DNA from: Octopus vulgaris
Taxonomy: Eukaryota
Direction of reading: 5' to 3'
Length of the DNA: 64,000 nt
Assembly: GCA_951406725.2 (NCBI GenBank)
Contig: OX597814.1
Coordinates: 27,838,001-27,902,000, forward strand
This document shows positions 51,667 to 64,000 of the stretch, in pieces. The stretch's first letter is position 1, and every line of letters starts with the position of its first letter. Made by a program: the position numbers and the translations under genes. The notes beneath the pieces were generated by a model. The model saw only the letters and a list, made by a program, of their open reading frames with translations. It was not told where the DNA came from and ran no database searches.

Positions 51667-52510
51667 CTCCTTCAGGTTCTTATCTACATTAATTTTTCGT
51701 AGGGGCTCTCAGTCTGTGGTGTCTTGTGCTTTTACCTGTTCCCATTTTCTCTGTATTCCTTCTTTTAGTTCCAAATATTTCTCCCTATCCATGTCACTGT
51801 TTCATGCTGCTAGTTGTTTTACAGGTTCTTCTATCTCATTACCCACAGAGGGCTCCTCAAATACATCTTCTTCTTGGTTTTCTGTAGTCCCTATTTCTAT
51901 TTCATTTGTATTTGGTGTTATACGGTGAGATCTGCTGACTTTTTCTTTTATTTCTTCCAGCTCAGTGTCTGTGAGCCTCCTATTTTTAATGATATCTCTT
52001 CGGATATTCCCTAACTTGTTGAAATCCATATTTAACCTTGAAGTTGGATGTTGTTGTCTCCATAATTGTTAAGTCCTTTTTGTCGTGTTATCTTCTGATG
52101 ATGCGACTACCGCCGTGTAGTATGCTTCCATTACTAGTTTATACTCTTCCCGATTCCATTTAGTTCTAGGGTTTTTGCGTGTAGTATGGCTTGCATCGGT
52201 GGGGCTCAGATTAAGGCTTTCCTCGGTTAAGTGGGTAGAGTTCGAATCAGTAACCAAATTTTCGCTCCCAGCCTGACTCCTCATTAGGGGGCGCGCTCCT
52301 TATTGACTTTATCCATAATTAGTTAACTACTGGGTATATTCATGGTGATTGACCATATACTCCTTGAGTACCTGAGCGTGCCCTATGCGTATCACACACA
52401 TTGCTGGTTCCACCTTCAAGGCCGTTGTCTATCTGACCCAGTGGGTCATCTGCCCTCTCCGCCGTCTCAGACTTCATGCACTTAAGGGAAGGCATCTCTT
52501 CAGCCACAAC
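51667..52510 (-). mobile_element. 5' part of an R4/Dong-like non-LTR element, decayed
   Basis: RTKWNREEYKLVMEAYY...LWRQQHP...KLGNIRRDIIKNRRLTDTELEEIK resembles the N-terminal domain I recall for R4/Dong-type ORFs. Confidence 0.6.
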
Positions 52511-52972
52511 AGCAGATATAGTAGAAGACACTTGATGAAGGTTCTTTGCAGTGGGACTGAACCTGAAACTACGTGATTACGAAGCGAATTTCTCAACTGC
52601 ATGTCCATGACTATTTCTATGGAAATGCCTGTGGCTATGCCAGCATGGGAAAATGGGATGATTGCGACCACATCCCCCAGCGGGTCTAATGGATTGAATC
52701 AAAGAAAGAGTTTGATTTGATCAACAAACGCCGCTTGTTACCTGTCATTTGTTTCGTTCATTCTTGCGGAATGGAACACCATGCCAATTGTATCAAATTG
52801 TGTCACTTAGTGACTTTTACTTTTATTTGCAGTCAAAGTCCTCGTGTCATGGTCTTACCAGTTGCAGTGAAAAGTGAAATACCATGTATATGCTTGGTTG
52901 ACTTTGTATCTGTCACCTTGTTTGTTTGTTTGTTTGTGTGTGTATATGTGTGTGTTTGTGTATATATGTATG

Positions 52973-53014
<42 letters not shown>

Positions 53015-53114
53015 CACACGCATATACATACACACATGGGTGCATATATATATATGCATATGCCTCGATAACTATCTCTGTGTGTGTGTGAATGAGTGTG
53101 TGTGTGTGTGTGCG

Positions 53115-53163
<49 letters not shown>

Positions 53164-53275
53164 ATTGCAAAATGTCATCAGTGACAAATATTAAATAACA
53201 TTTATGAATTTATCAATAAAACAGAAAGATGAAAAGACGAAAACAATGCTGTGAAGGTAGAAAACGGTGGCCTGA

Positions 53276-53570
53276 AAGAGAGAGAGGAACAGAGAGAGAG
53301 CGAGGGGGAAAGAGAGGGGGAAGATAGAGAGAGGGGGAACAGAGAGGGGGGAACAGAGAGAGAGAGAGGGGGAAAGAGAGGGGGGAACAGAGAGAGAGAG
53401 GGGAAAAGAGAGAGGGGAACATAGAGAGAGAGGAACAGAGAGAGAGAGAGGGAAAGAGAGAGGGGGAACAGAGAGAGAGAGAGGGGAAAGAGAGAGGGGG
53501 AACAGAGAGAGAGAGAGGGGAAACAGAGAGAGGGGAACAGAGAGAGAGAGAGAGGGGGAAACAGAGACAG
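53276..53570. repeat. GA-rich minisatellite (GGGGAACAGAGAGA-like unit)
   Basis: Direct reading. Confidence 0.92.
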
Positions 53571-53802
53571 TGAGAAGGAGAGTTAGAGAGCAGGTTGAGT
53601 GGAGAACAACAACAACAACACAAACAATGAACGGTGAGAAGATAGAAGAAAAGAGCTATAATAGAAACATCAACAACAACAACAAAGGCGATGACAACAT
53701 CAGCAACAACAATAAAAAATCTTTAAAATCCTATGAAACATGTAGAAAAATGCTTTCAGAAAGAAAATCACCAAAAATAATATTTAGATGACGACATATC
53801 CT

Positions 53803-53828
53803 TCTCCTCCTCCTCCTCCTCCTCCTCC

Positions 53829-53890
<62 letters not shown>

Positions 53891-53921
53891 GTCATCGCCA
53901 TCATCATCGCCATCATCATCC

Positions 53922-54005
<84 letters not shown>

Positions 54006-54209
54006 CTGTCATCGTCGTAGCCGTTGTCGTCGTCGTGGTGATCATCATCATCATCATCATGACTAATATCATCACCATCATCTCCTTCACTATCATCGTC
54101 ATCATCATCATCATCATCATTGTCATCGTCGTAGCCGTTGCCGTCGTCGTGGTGATCATCATCATCATCATCACTAATATCATCACCATCATCTCCTTCA
54201 CTATCATCG

Positions 54210-54263
<54 letters not shown>

Positions 54264-54265
54264 CC
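53803..54265. repeat. (CAT)n field with an internal ~114-bp duplication
   Basis: Direct reading; ACTAATATCATCACCATCATCTCCTTCAC occurs twice. Confidence 0.94.
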
Positions 54266-54632
54266 ACTGTTGTCGTTATCGTGCACATTTCTCTGAAATG
54301 TCGACTCGTTGTTTCGGATCACTTACTCTCAGCTACTCGAGATTGAAATGGCAGCATTGGTCAAGTTTATAAATAAATATACGGAGTTTCTCGTAAATAG
54401 TCGGGAGTGAAGTAAATGAGGGATCAGTTTACAAGGTTACTTGACGTGCTGTAAATAACAACTAAGTCACACCTTACTGACTGAAAAATAAAAGACAGGT
54501 AAATATTGGGATAACTGAAAAGTTATCTCGAGTTTCGCACCAACCATCAGTCTTCAGGCTCAGAACTCGAATCGTGAGATAAGCATTCAGTTTCAATAAA
54601 CTTCTTTCTCTCTCTCTTTCTCACTCTCTCTT

Positions 54633-54664
<32 letters not shown>

Positions 54665-54803
54665 CCCTCTCTCTCTCTCTCAAAGGCACACACACTACAT
54701 ATGTATATAAGAAAGGCAATATTTTATGTGTGTATGTGCTTGCTTGCGTGGGTGAGTGCTTTAGTGTGTGTATGTGCATGTGTGTGTGTACGTGTGTGCG
54801 TTC

Positions 54804-54855
<52 letters not shown>

Positions 54856-55783
54856 CATTTTCTTTGTCCAAATTGGCTCACTCAGAGTGGATTAGTTTCA
54901 AATGTTGCACTCAATACAAGAAAGAAGTATAGAAATTTAATTTGTTTTATGTTTCTAAATTGTTTACTTCGATCGTAGGAAGTTTTAGATCATTATCAAA
55001 TACTTGATAATGACTTAACTGTAACGATCATTGTGCTAATTCATAGATGATATTCATACATACATACATACATACATACATACATACATACATACATACA
55101 TACATACATACGCAGTGAGACCGAGCCTAGAACCATGCGGTTGGGTAGTAAGCTTCTTCCCACACAGCCACGCTTGCGCCTATATATATATATATATATA
55201 TACGTACACACATATGTATTTGAGTACATATATAAGTACATGTGTATACGTATATATACATACATATACATACATATGTACATATGTACTTATATGTATA
55301 TAAGTACATATAAAAATATATAAGTACATGTATATACATGTACTTATACATGTACTTACGTATATGTAGTATTTATATAACCGATATGAACTTATCGGTT
55401 TCAAATTTTGGAAACAAGGCCAGCGATTTTTGGGGGTGGTTTAAGTTGATTAGATCGATCCCAGTGCTCTATTGGTGCTCTATTCTTTTATCGACCTTGA
55501 AAGGGATGAAAGACGAAATCTATGTCGTCGAAATTCGAAATCAGAATATAATGATGGACGAAATGCTGCTAAGCATTTTTGTCCGGCATGCTAACGATTC
55601 TGCTTGCTCACTGCCTTGTATATGCGTGTATATATGTGTACACACACACACGAAATTGCAAAGATAATCTGGAACTCGACTGAAGAAAGAAAACTCCGAA
55701 TGACCCGTCCTTGTTTTTTCTTGTCCCTTTTTTGTATCATCGGTCTGGATGTTTTGCGTTCTTGTTCCATTTTTTGTATTCCT

Positions 55784-55815
<32 letters not shown>

Positions 55816-55932
55816 CATACATACATACATACATACATACATACATACATACATACATACATACATACATACATACATACATACATACATACATACATAC
55901 ATAAACATTATTAGGTTGAACATCAACTGAAT

Positions 55933-56335
55933 AATATTCTTTTCTACTCTAGGCACAAGGCCCGAAGTATTGGAGGAGGGGGACAGTCGATTAGATCGAC
56001 CCAGTATGCAACTGGTACTTAATTTATTAACCCCGAAAGAATGAAAGGCAAAGTCGACCTCAGCGGAATTTGAACTCAGAACGTAAAGATGGACGAAATA
56101 CCTATTTCTTTACTACCCACAAGGGGCTAAACACAGAGAGGACAAACAAGGACAGACATACGGATTAAGTCGATTATATCGACCCCAGTGCGTAACTGGT
56201 ACTTATTTAATCGACCCCGAAAGGATGAAAGGCAAATTCGACCTCGCCGGAATTTGAACTCACAACGTAACGGCAGTCGAAATACCGCTAAGCATTTCGC
56301 CCGACGCGCTAACGTTTCTGCCAGTTCGCCGCCTT
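55933..56335 (-). mobile_element. SINE family B joined to a second partial body
   Basis: Reverse-complement homology to 47556-47945; junction near 56095-56105. Confidence 0.85.
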
Positions 56336-56457
56336 AAATATACATTTTTGTTATAGACACCGCAAACGAATGTACCATGATATATCATCCGAATAATATT
56401 GACGGTACACACCCTTGGACTTATATTGCTATTTTTGTATTTGAATTTGTCTTGTGC

Positions 56458-56528
<71 letters not shown>

Positions 56529-57326
56529 TTGTGTGAAGGAAAGAGAGAGGGTGGAGATATGTGTTGGCGGTGAATGATGTGTAATCTTGTGACAAACTAT
56601 GCAAACCAAACAAGGAAATACTAGTAAGTCGTTAAATAATATTCTGAGATATGTTTTGCGTGTGGCAATGACTGGGTAATGTGTTGTCAAGTGACGAATT
56701 TACAGCTCAAACAAGGAAAACACTTAGAAGCAGTTAAACAGTTGAACTCTTTCCGCGTTGTTTGGTCTCGTCATCTGCGTTAATTACTTAATTCGCAGCC
56801 GTGTAATTTAGGAAGATCATTACTCGAGTGACTAGTTTGTTGGTGCGTCTACTGACATGTTTAATACTAAGCAAACATCAAGAGTTATACTATCGTCGAA
56901 CTAATTCGTTTGGAATGGAATGTCATGTCTACAGAACTCAGTTTGAAAATAAATAAACGAAATATATTGTTTTTAATGGTGGAACTCGAAATAGATGAAG
57001 CTATGAATAATAACGCGTAAACACTAGTTTTAATAAAATCCTTTTAGGTAGAAAATGTCGATGGGTGCTCGTGTGACAAGAACCCTCATATTCTGTAAAC
57101 ATGATAGATGTTCTTCCACTGGATCAAACAAACTCTGTGAAATTCTTTCTCTATTTTAAGAACTTTGTTCTTATCAGGGGTAATTGTACATTGTTTACAT
57201 TATAAGAATTTAGAATTGTTTTTAATAGTAAAACTCCAAGAAGATAAAGTTATAAATAATAAACTTTAAATATTAGCTTTAAAAAGTCGAAGGCTGCCTG
57301 ATTTATTTATGGTTCTCGGGGTTCTT

Positions 57327-57478
57327 CGTGGCTGTGTGGTAAGAAGCTTACTTCCCAACAACATTGTTCCGGGTTCAGTACCACTGCGTGTCACCTTGGG
57401 TAAGTGTCTTCTTCTGTAGCCTCAGGTCGACAAAAGCCATGCGAGGACATTTGGTAGACGGAAACTGAAAGAAGCTTG

Positions 57479-57517
<39 letters not shown>

Positions 57518-57594
57518 ATATAAACACACCAACACCGGTGGTCAAGTAGTGGTGGTGGACAAACACAGACACTCACATATATGTGTGTGTGTGC

Positions 57595-57632
<38 letters not shown>

Positions 57633-57843
57633 CTTTGTGTCTGTGTTTGTCCCCCACCACTACTTGTCAACCGGTATTGGTGTGTTTATATCCTCGTAAC
57701 TAGCGGTTCGGCAAAGAGATCGATAGAGTAAGTAAGTACTAGGTTTTAAAGATATAAATCTTGGGGTCAATTTATTCGACTAAAACCATTCAGGACGATA
57801 TCCCAGCATGGCAGCAGTCAAATGACTGCAATAAGTTAAAGAT
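57327..57843 (+). mobile_element. Diverged SINE family A with an internal inverted segment (~57516-57572)
   Basis: Homology to family A; 57516-57572 is the reverse complement of ~57637-57692. Confidence 0.75.
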
Positions 57844-58002
57844 GAAATATAAGCAACATAAATATAGACATAGAAGAATGCGCCTCTGATGTTCCGCTGA
57901 TGGACCAAAGACAGGTCATAGATGTGCAGTCAGAGGTGCAAAGGCTAACTTAAAAAATTTGCTTCATCACTACATACATCTCCGTTCAATCATATATATA
58001 TA

Positions 58003-58261
58003 GGGTCGCGGTTTCGATTCCCAGACCGGGCATTGTGTGTGTTTATTGAGCTAAAACACCTACAAGCTCCACGAGGCTCCGGCAGGGGGGTGGGGTGGCA
58101 ATCCCTGCTGTACTCTTTCGTCACAACTTTCTCTCTTTCTTCTGTCGGCCTGCTCGCTTAGCCAGCGGGGTGGCGTCCTTTGAAGGCTAAAACAATGCGA
58201 AGCGCATTGTGACCAGCGATGTGTAGCAACATCTGATAGCCTGGTCAATCACGGTGATCAC

Positions 58262-58264
<3 letters not shown>
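58003..58264 (+). mobile_element. 5'-truncated SINE (head type C, tail type Z)
   Basis: Matches ~27616-27740, then diverges into a different tail ending in (ATCACGGTG) repeats. Confidence 0.8.
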
Positions 58265-58354
<90 letters not shown>

Positions 58355-58502
58355 AACAGGTTTCCTTTTTTTCTGCAAAGATTTCTCCTACTTAAATTCC
58401 ACTGACAAGGTGTCAGATGACTCAAGAGGCCATATATGTGTATATGTGTGTGTATGTGTGTGTGTGTGTGTATACACACACACACACTATATATATATAT
58501 AT

Positions 58503-58925
58503 AGGCGCAGGAGTGGCTGTGTGGTAAGTAGCTTGCTAACCAACCACATGGCTCCGGGTTCAGTCCCACTGCGTGGCATCTTGGGCAAGTGTCTTCTGCT
58601 ATAGCCCCGGGCCGACCAAAGCCTTGTGAGTGGATTTGGTAGACGGAAACTGAAAGAAGCCTGTCGTATATATGTATATATATATATATGTGTGTGTGTG
58701 TTTGTGTTTGTCTGTTTGTCCCCCTAGCATTGCTTGACAACCGATGCTGGTGTGTTTACGTCCCCGTCACATAGCGGTTCGGCAAAAAGAGACCGATAGA
58801 ATAAGTACTGGGCTTACAAAAAGAATAAGTCCCGGGGGTCGATTTGCTCGACTAAAAAGGCGGTGCTCCAGCATGGCCGCAGTCAAATGACTGAAACAAG
58901 TAAAAGATAGAAGATAAAAGATAGA

Positions 58926-58928
<3 letters not shown>
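58503..58928 (+). mobile_element. SINE family A, full length
   Basis: Homology to 212-627. Confidence 0.92.
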
Positions 58929-58977
<49 letters not shown>

Positions 58978-59262
58978 TCCAAACATGAAAACACAAAGAG
59001 AAAACACAACAACGCGAGGACTGGAACAAATATAGTATTATTGGACGCTGAGGAAGGAAGGAAGGAAGGAAGGAAGGAAGGAAGGAAGGAAGGAAGGAAG
59101 GAAGGAGGGTTTAACGTTCTTCCTGTTCACTCATTTATACTCAGCAGCGTTTTGCTGTTCTTGCCAGCAAAGTGAGCAATATTATCGACAAGGCATTATT
59201 GTGATGATTTTCGGTTGATAATCGATGAAGAGAGAGCATATCCTTGTCCTTTTTATATTTCC

Positions 59263-59641
59263 ATGCGTAGGAGTGGTTGTGTGGTAAATAGTTTGCTTAT
59301 GAATCACATGGTTCCGGGTTCAGTCCCACTGCGTGACACCTTGGGTAAGCGTCTTCTACTACAGCTTCGGGCCGACCAAAGTCTTGTGGTAGATGGAAAC
59401 TGAAAGAAGACCGTCATATATTTGTATATATATATATATATATATATTATTTTATAGAAGGAGCTTCTACAGGACTAGAACTGTTTCATTCAAAAGAAAT
59501 CATCAGGAAGCTTCCTGATGATTTCTTTTGAATGAAACAGTTCTAGTCCTGTAGAAGCTCCTTCTATAAAATAAATTAATTTACTCTGCTATGTATTGAG
59601 TACCTTATTTACTGTGGTTAACCCCGACTCAACCCGGGACC

Positions 59642-59729
<88 letters not shown>

Positions 59730-59944
59730 TATATGTATGTATGTGTGTGTGTATACGTTTGTGTGTTTTTGTTTGTCCCCCCCCAACATCGCTTGACAAC
59801 CGATGCTGGTGTGCTTACGTTCGGCCAAATAGACCGATAGAATAAGTACTAGGCTTACAAAGAATAAGTCCTGGGGTCGATTTGCTCGACTAAAGGCAGT
59901 GCTCCAACATGGCCACAGTCAAATGACTGAAACAAGTAAAAGAG
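59263..59944 (+). mobile_element. SINE family A whose internal TA tract hosts a palindromic insertion (59447-59643)
   Basis: Head 59263-59416, tail ~59755-59944. Confidence 0.85.
59447..59574. repeat. Perfect 128-bp palindrome with a hammerhead core in each arm
   Basis: Centre AAG|CTT at 59510/59511; each arm has CTGATGA-TTTC-TTTT-GAAT-GAAA. Confidence 0.93.
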
Positions 59945-62709
59945 TACTGCTGCTAATTCTGTGCCTTTTTGTTTTCATTTTTTTTGGCACTATAAGTCTA
60001 AATGAAATACTCTCTCAAGATGAATACCGCGGTATTATGCCGTTCTTACACTACATTCACGTTATGTAGAACATATAACTTAATGTGTGTGTACGTGTGT
60101 GTGTGTGTATATGTGTGTGTGCGTTCGTGCGTGTGTGTTAAGCATTCTTGGGCGTTACGTTAGTCAGACCCAAAAATGCTTGGATCTCACTGTTGAGATG
60201 CATCATTCTGTGCATTCAGAAATAAACTGGTTTGTTGTCGAGAGTGCTACGTGACAGTCAAAACATGTAGAATATTTGGTACAGTAGTTATTTTCGTCGT
60301 TTAGTCCAAGGTCAACTTTTCCCTTATCGAGCAGACGCCCTATAATCAAAAGGTTAGAGGCGTAGGTCTACATTATTTAATGTGTTTTCTTCTTTACCCG
60401 CTTAGCTCTCAATGGCCTATTTTTGAAGCGAAGCTCGGCTTGTCTTGACTCATTGTTTTTTTTCAGAGGACCCCTGTAAACCCCGGGAAACAAATGTCTG
60501 AATGATAGTAGCTTTTTTCCTTCTTTTTCTCTCTTTTTTTCCCTTTTTCATTTATAGCTAGTGTACTTCTGTAAAGAGTAACAGGTACAAGATACCCTCT
60601 CCCTTGTGATCAACGTCTTAATGGATCATTTTGATCGCTATATCATGCTGAGCCGCGTGTTAGAAATCAAATAAGAAAGAAACTGCGATAAAAAGTAAAC
60701 TGAAAAACGTACAATAAAACTTTGATTCACAGCATTAGTTACAAATCAGAGGAAAAAAAAAATGTCCACATTGATACAGTATCTTTAAGTATAGTAAATA
60801 TATATTGCATTTTACTTCCGTGTGGAGAACAGATTATATCTCGTACTCGACTTTCACTTCTATTTTTATGCAGTTGTTGTCCTGCTGACATAATCAGACA
60901 ATTTATACCAATGTGTTTCAAGTGGGTAATTGATAGATACGGGTTATTGTGTCAACAGTGCATGCATTAGAAGAAAATAGACAGATGAGTCAAGTGGCTG
61001 TTGTCAGAAAACAAGCTGTTTTAGAGCTATCAGTTGACAAGCCTTTCCCTCTCGGCTTAGAAATAACTGTTTTCTCTCCTTTCAGTATCTCTTTCACACC
61101 CTCACTCTCTCTGTCTCTTTTCCCTGCCTCTATCTTTCTCTTTCTTTCTCCCAGTTCTCTTTCTCACTCTTTCTCTCTCTCCCTCTTTCCCTTATCTATC
61201 TTTACTGAAACACACTTTTAATAGCCAATGAAGTCGCCTATTGAAACAGATCCTGTTACTTATATACAGACTAATATGTACAAATATGCGCATGGAAAAT
61301 AATAACGGGATTACCCTGAACATTATGAATTTTTAATTCTATATTATTTTTGTTCATAACAAGCACAATCCCCGCCTCTGTTATGATAACGAATCACTTA
61401 AAATATCACTTTTCTTGCTGTTTTTCAAATTCCGCCTTGTCGACTTTGCTGTTCATTCTTTCGGGGTTAATGGTATAAGAACCAGTTAAGCATGGGGTCG
61501 ATGTAATCTAGTTACACCCCTCCCCCAAAATTACTGGCCTTGTGCCAAAATTTGAAATCAATAATTAAGAACCCTTTGCTACGCCCGTGTTATTTTATAA
61601 ACTCCAGGTTAACTCTGGTTTAGCACAGCTATGTTCAAATGCAGTTCAGCAATGACCATTCCGCGTTTTTACGTGTACCGAGGGCTAGATGGTTTAATAT
61701 GCCCAACTTATTATTTGTATGATAATTGGATGCATGGTCAAATGTAAAAATTTGGATACTGATTCTAGTAAGCCATAGAGGTGCTTGGTTTTAACCTCCA
61801 AAATATTTGAATGTTTCAACTGAATTTGTTACAAGATCAGCAAGCATTGAGTTTGGTGGAGAATCTCGGTCGTTACGATGAGGATTCAGCTCTTTGATCA
61901 ACAGAATTACCTGCCCCTGAATGAACGTGTAAAAGGATGTGCGTTCGCCAGATGTGTGGATTCTTAACGTAAATCTCAGGCGGGATCAGTGTGACACAGC
62001 GGTGTGACAAGGCTGTACCTTTTGAAATACCGTTACAATCCATCCGATGAGCTTCCTTGCAGTTTCCGTCTATCGAATTTTACTCACAAGCTATGGGTCG
62101 ATCCAAGGCCGTAGAAAACAGCATTTTCACCGGATATTACGCAGAGGTATCAAAGCCGGGACTACGTGGTTACGAACCAAACTTCTGTAGCGGCACAAGC
62201 AGCCAGCGCCATATTGGATGAGATCTCGCGGCAGCCATTGCCATCTCCGAGACTGGATCGAGACTTCACCTGCATTCATTTGCCATGCGCGAGATCACAA
62301 CGAAGCTCGTGATGGAAATTATATAAACGGAAAATCGATTCAGACCTGTCTTTTTTGGCGCTACCTTCACAGCAGCACTGGCTGAACACCACCACTGCCT
62401 GAGGCTTTCTGCCTGTCTCTCTCCAGAGGCAATTTGCGCCCGCACAATCGGAGCTTAAGATGGTAGCTGGGAGTAGCACACTTCACCTTTCCTGTAAATA
62501 AACCAGTTGTAAATAGCATTTGCACTTGAAATTTTTTCTCTTCGCCTGCTGGAATTACATAAAGAACAAGAAGATGATAGAAGGAGACGATATTCCTCCG
62601 ATATCGTAAACCTGGCCTTTCATTATTAAACTTCCTAACCATTCGGCCACACCAGGACTACGTATACTATACTACTTCTTCTCTCATGTTATATTATTTC
62701 TATTATTAT

Positions 62710-63990
62710 GAGGTGGTGTATTGGCAGAATCATTAGCAGGCCGGATAAAATGCTTAGGGGCATTTCTTCCGGCTTTACATTTAGTACCAGCTGAGCACTG
62801 GGCTCAATGTAATCAACGAGTCTCCTTCCCCTCAAATTTCAGGCCTTATGTCTATAACAAAAAGAATTATTATAAAGGTGGCGAGCTGGGCAGAATCTTT
62901 AGCGCGCCGGACAAAATACTTTGCAGCATTTCATCCGACTCTTTGCGTTCAAATTCGGCTAATGTCAACTTTACCTTTCATCCTTTCCGGATCGATAAAA
63001 CAACGTATCAGTTGAGCACTGGTATCGATGTAATAGACTTGTCCCCACTCCTCAAAACCGCTGGCCTGGCGCCAAAACTACAAAGAATTATTATTATAAA
63101 CATATTATGTTTGTTATCTTAATATATTGGTTTCAAATTTTGGCACAAGGCCAGCAATTTGGGGGAGGAGTTAAGTCGATTACATCGACTCCAGTGTTCA
63201 ATTGGTACTTATTTTATCAACCTCCGAAAAGATGAAGGTCAAAGTCGACCTCGGCGGAATTTGAACCCAGAACGATGCCGCCAGCTCGCCGCCTTTTGTT
63301 ATCTTAATATATTACCATTTCTGTTATCAAGCAGCTGCTTTAAAGCTGTGAACTGGCAGATTTGTTATATATCTTGGAAAAAATGCTTTGTGGTGTTCGT
63401 TGCGGCTCTTTTCGTTCTGAGTTCAAATCTCGCCAAGATTTATTTTTCATCTTATCAAGGTCGATAAAATAAAGTACCACTGAAGTCCTGGTGTCGATGT
63501 TATCAACTAATTCCTTCACCGAAAAATGTCTGATCTTGTTTCCAAGGCAGAAATGTATTATATTCTTTCCTACTCTAAGCACAAGACCCCAGTACGCTAC
63601 TGGTACTTAATTTATCGACCCCGAAAGGATGGACAGTAAAGTCGACCTCTGCGCAAGAAACGTATGATATTGTGATATCTATTATCATTGTGTGGCTAGG
63701 AAGATCGCTCTGCAACTACGTGGTTTCGAGTTCAATCCTATTGCGCGACACCTTGGACAAGTGTTTTCTGCTATAGACCCGGACCGACGAATACTTTGTA
63801 ACTGAATTTGGTTGATGGAAACTGAGTGGAAGAGGTCATTTGTGTCCGTACATGTGTGTGTGTATCTGTTCGTCTTTGTTTTTGTGTTTGCGCCCCACCG
63901 CTTGAAAACCAGTGCATGCTTATTTTTGTCCCAGCAACGTAGTGGTTCGGCAAAAGTGACTCGTAGAATATAGTCCAGACTATAAAAAAA
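62710..63990. mobile_element. Cluster of old SINE B fragments in both orientations plus a diverged SINE A (~63710-63990)
   Basis: Recurring GGCAGAATC.TTAGC, TTTCATCCTTTC.GG.TCGATAAA and GTCGACCTC motifs. Confidence 0.7.
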
Positions 63991-64000
63991 ATAATCAAGT

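Noticed and set aside
52465-52505. Hammerhead-like string at the 5' end of the R4-like fragment (CTGAAGA-GATGC..GCAT-GAAG)
   Set aside because: GAAA is not intact and I could not identify stems I and III.
62200-62650. Possible host exon or APE endonuclease fragment
   Set aside because: Only weak motif hints on both strands (AISET, SGGV); no consistent frame or splice sites.

Overview
Repeat-saturated eukaryotic DNA, probably an octopus or other coleoid cephalopod (inferred from the tRNA-derived SINE families and extreme microsatellite density). No host protein-coding exon is recognisable. The main feature is a very young head-to-tail array (2900-13684, minus strand, 4271-bp unit, about 2.5 copies) of a Penelope-like retroelement (PLE) with RT, a Cys-rich linker and a C-terminal GIY-YIG nuclease (Neptune-like), inserted in a (TA)n tract. 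Unlike canonical single-ORF EN+ PLEs, it has a 430-aa upstream ORF1 overlapping an ATG-less N-terminal extension of the RT ORF, with a U_UUU_UUU heptamer in -1 frameshift phase (predicted fusion about 1175 aa). Each unit also carries a CCAAT/TATA promoter, a minimal hammerhead-like motif and an internal (TA)n tract where the array ends. Elsewhere: many short hammerhead-bearing PLE remnants in TA tracts (some with inverted duplications or a perfect palindrome), a decayed PLE of another clade, a Helitron dimer, an R4/Dong-Tx1 LINE chimera, several SINE families, and micro/minisatellites that explain most ORFs in the track.
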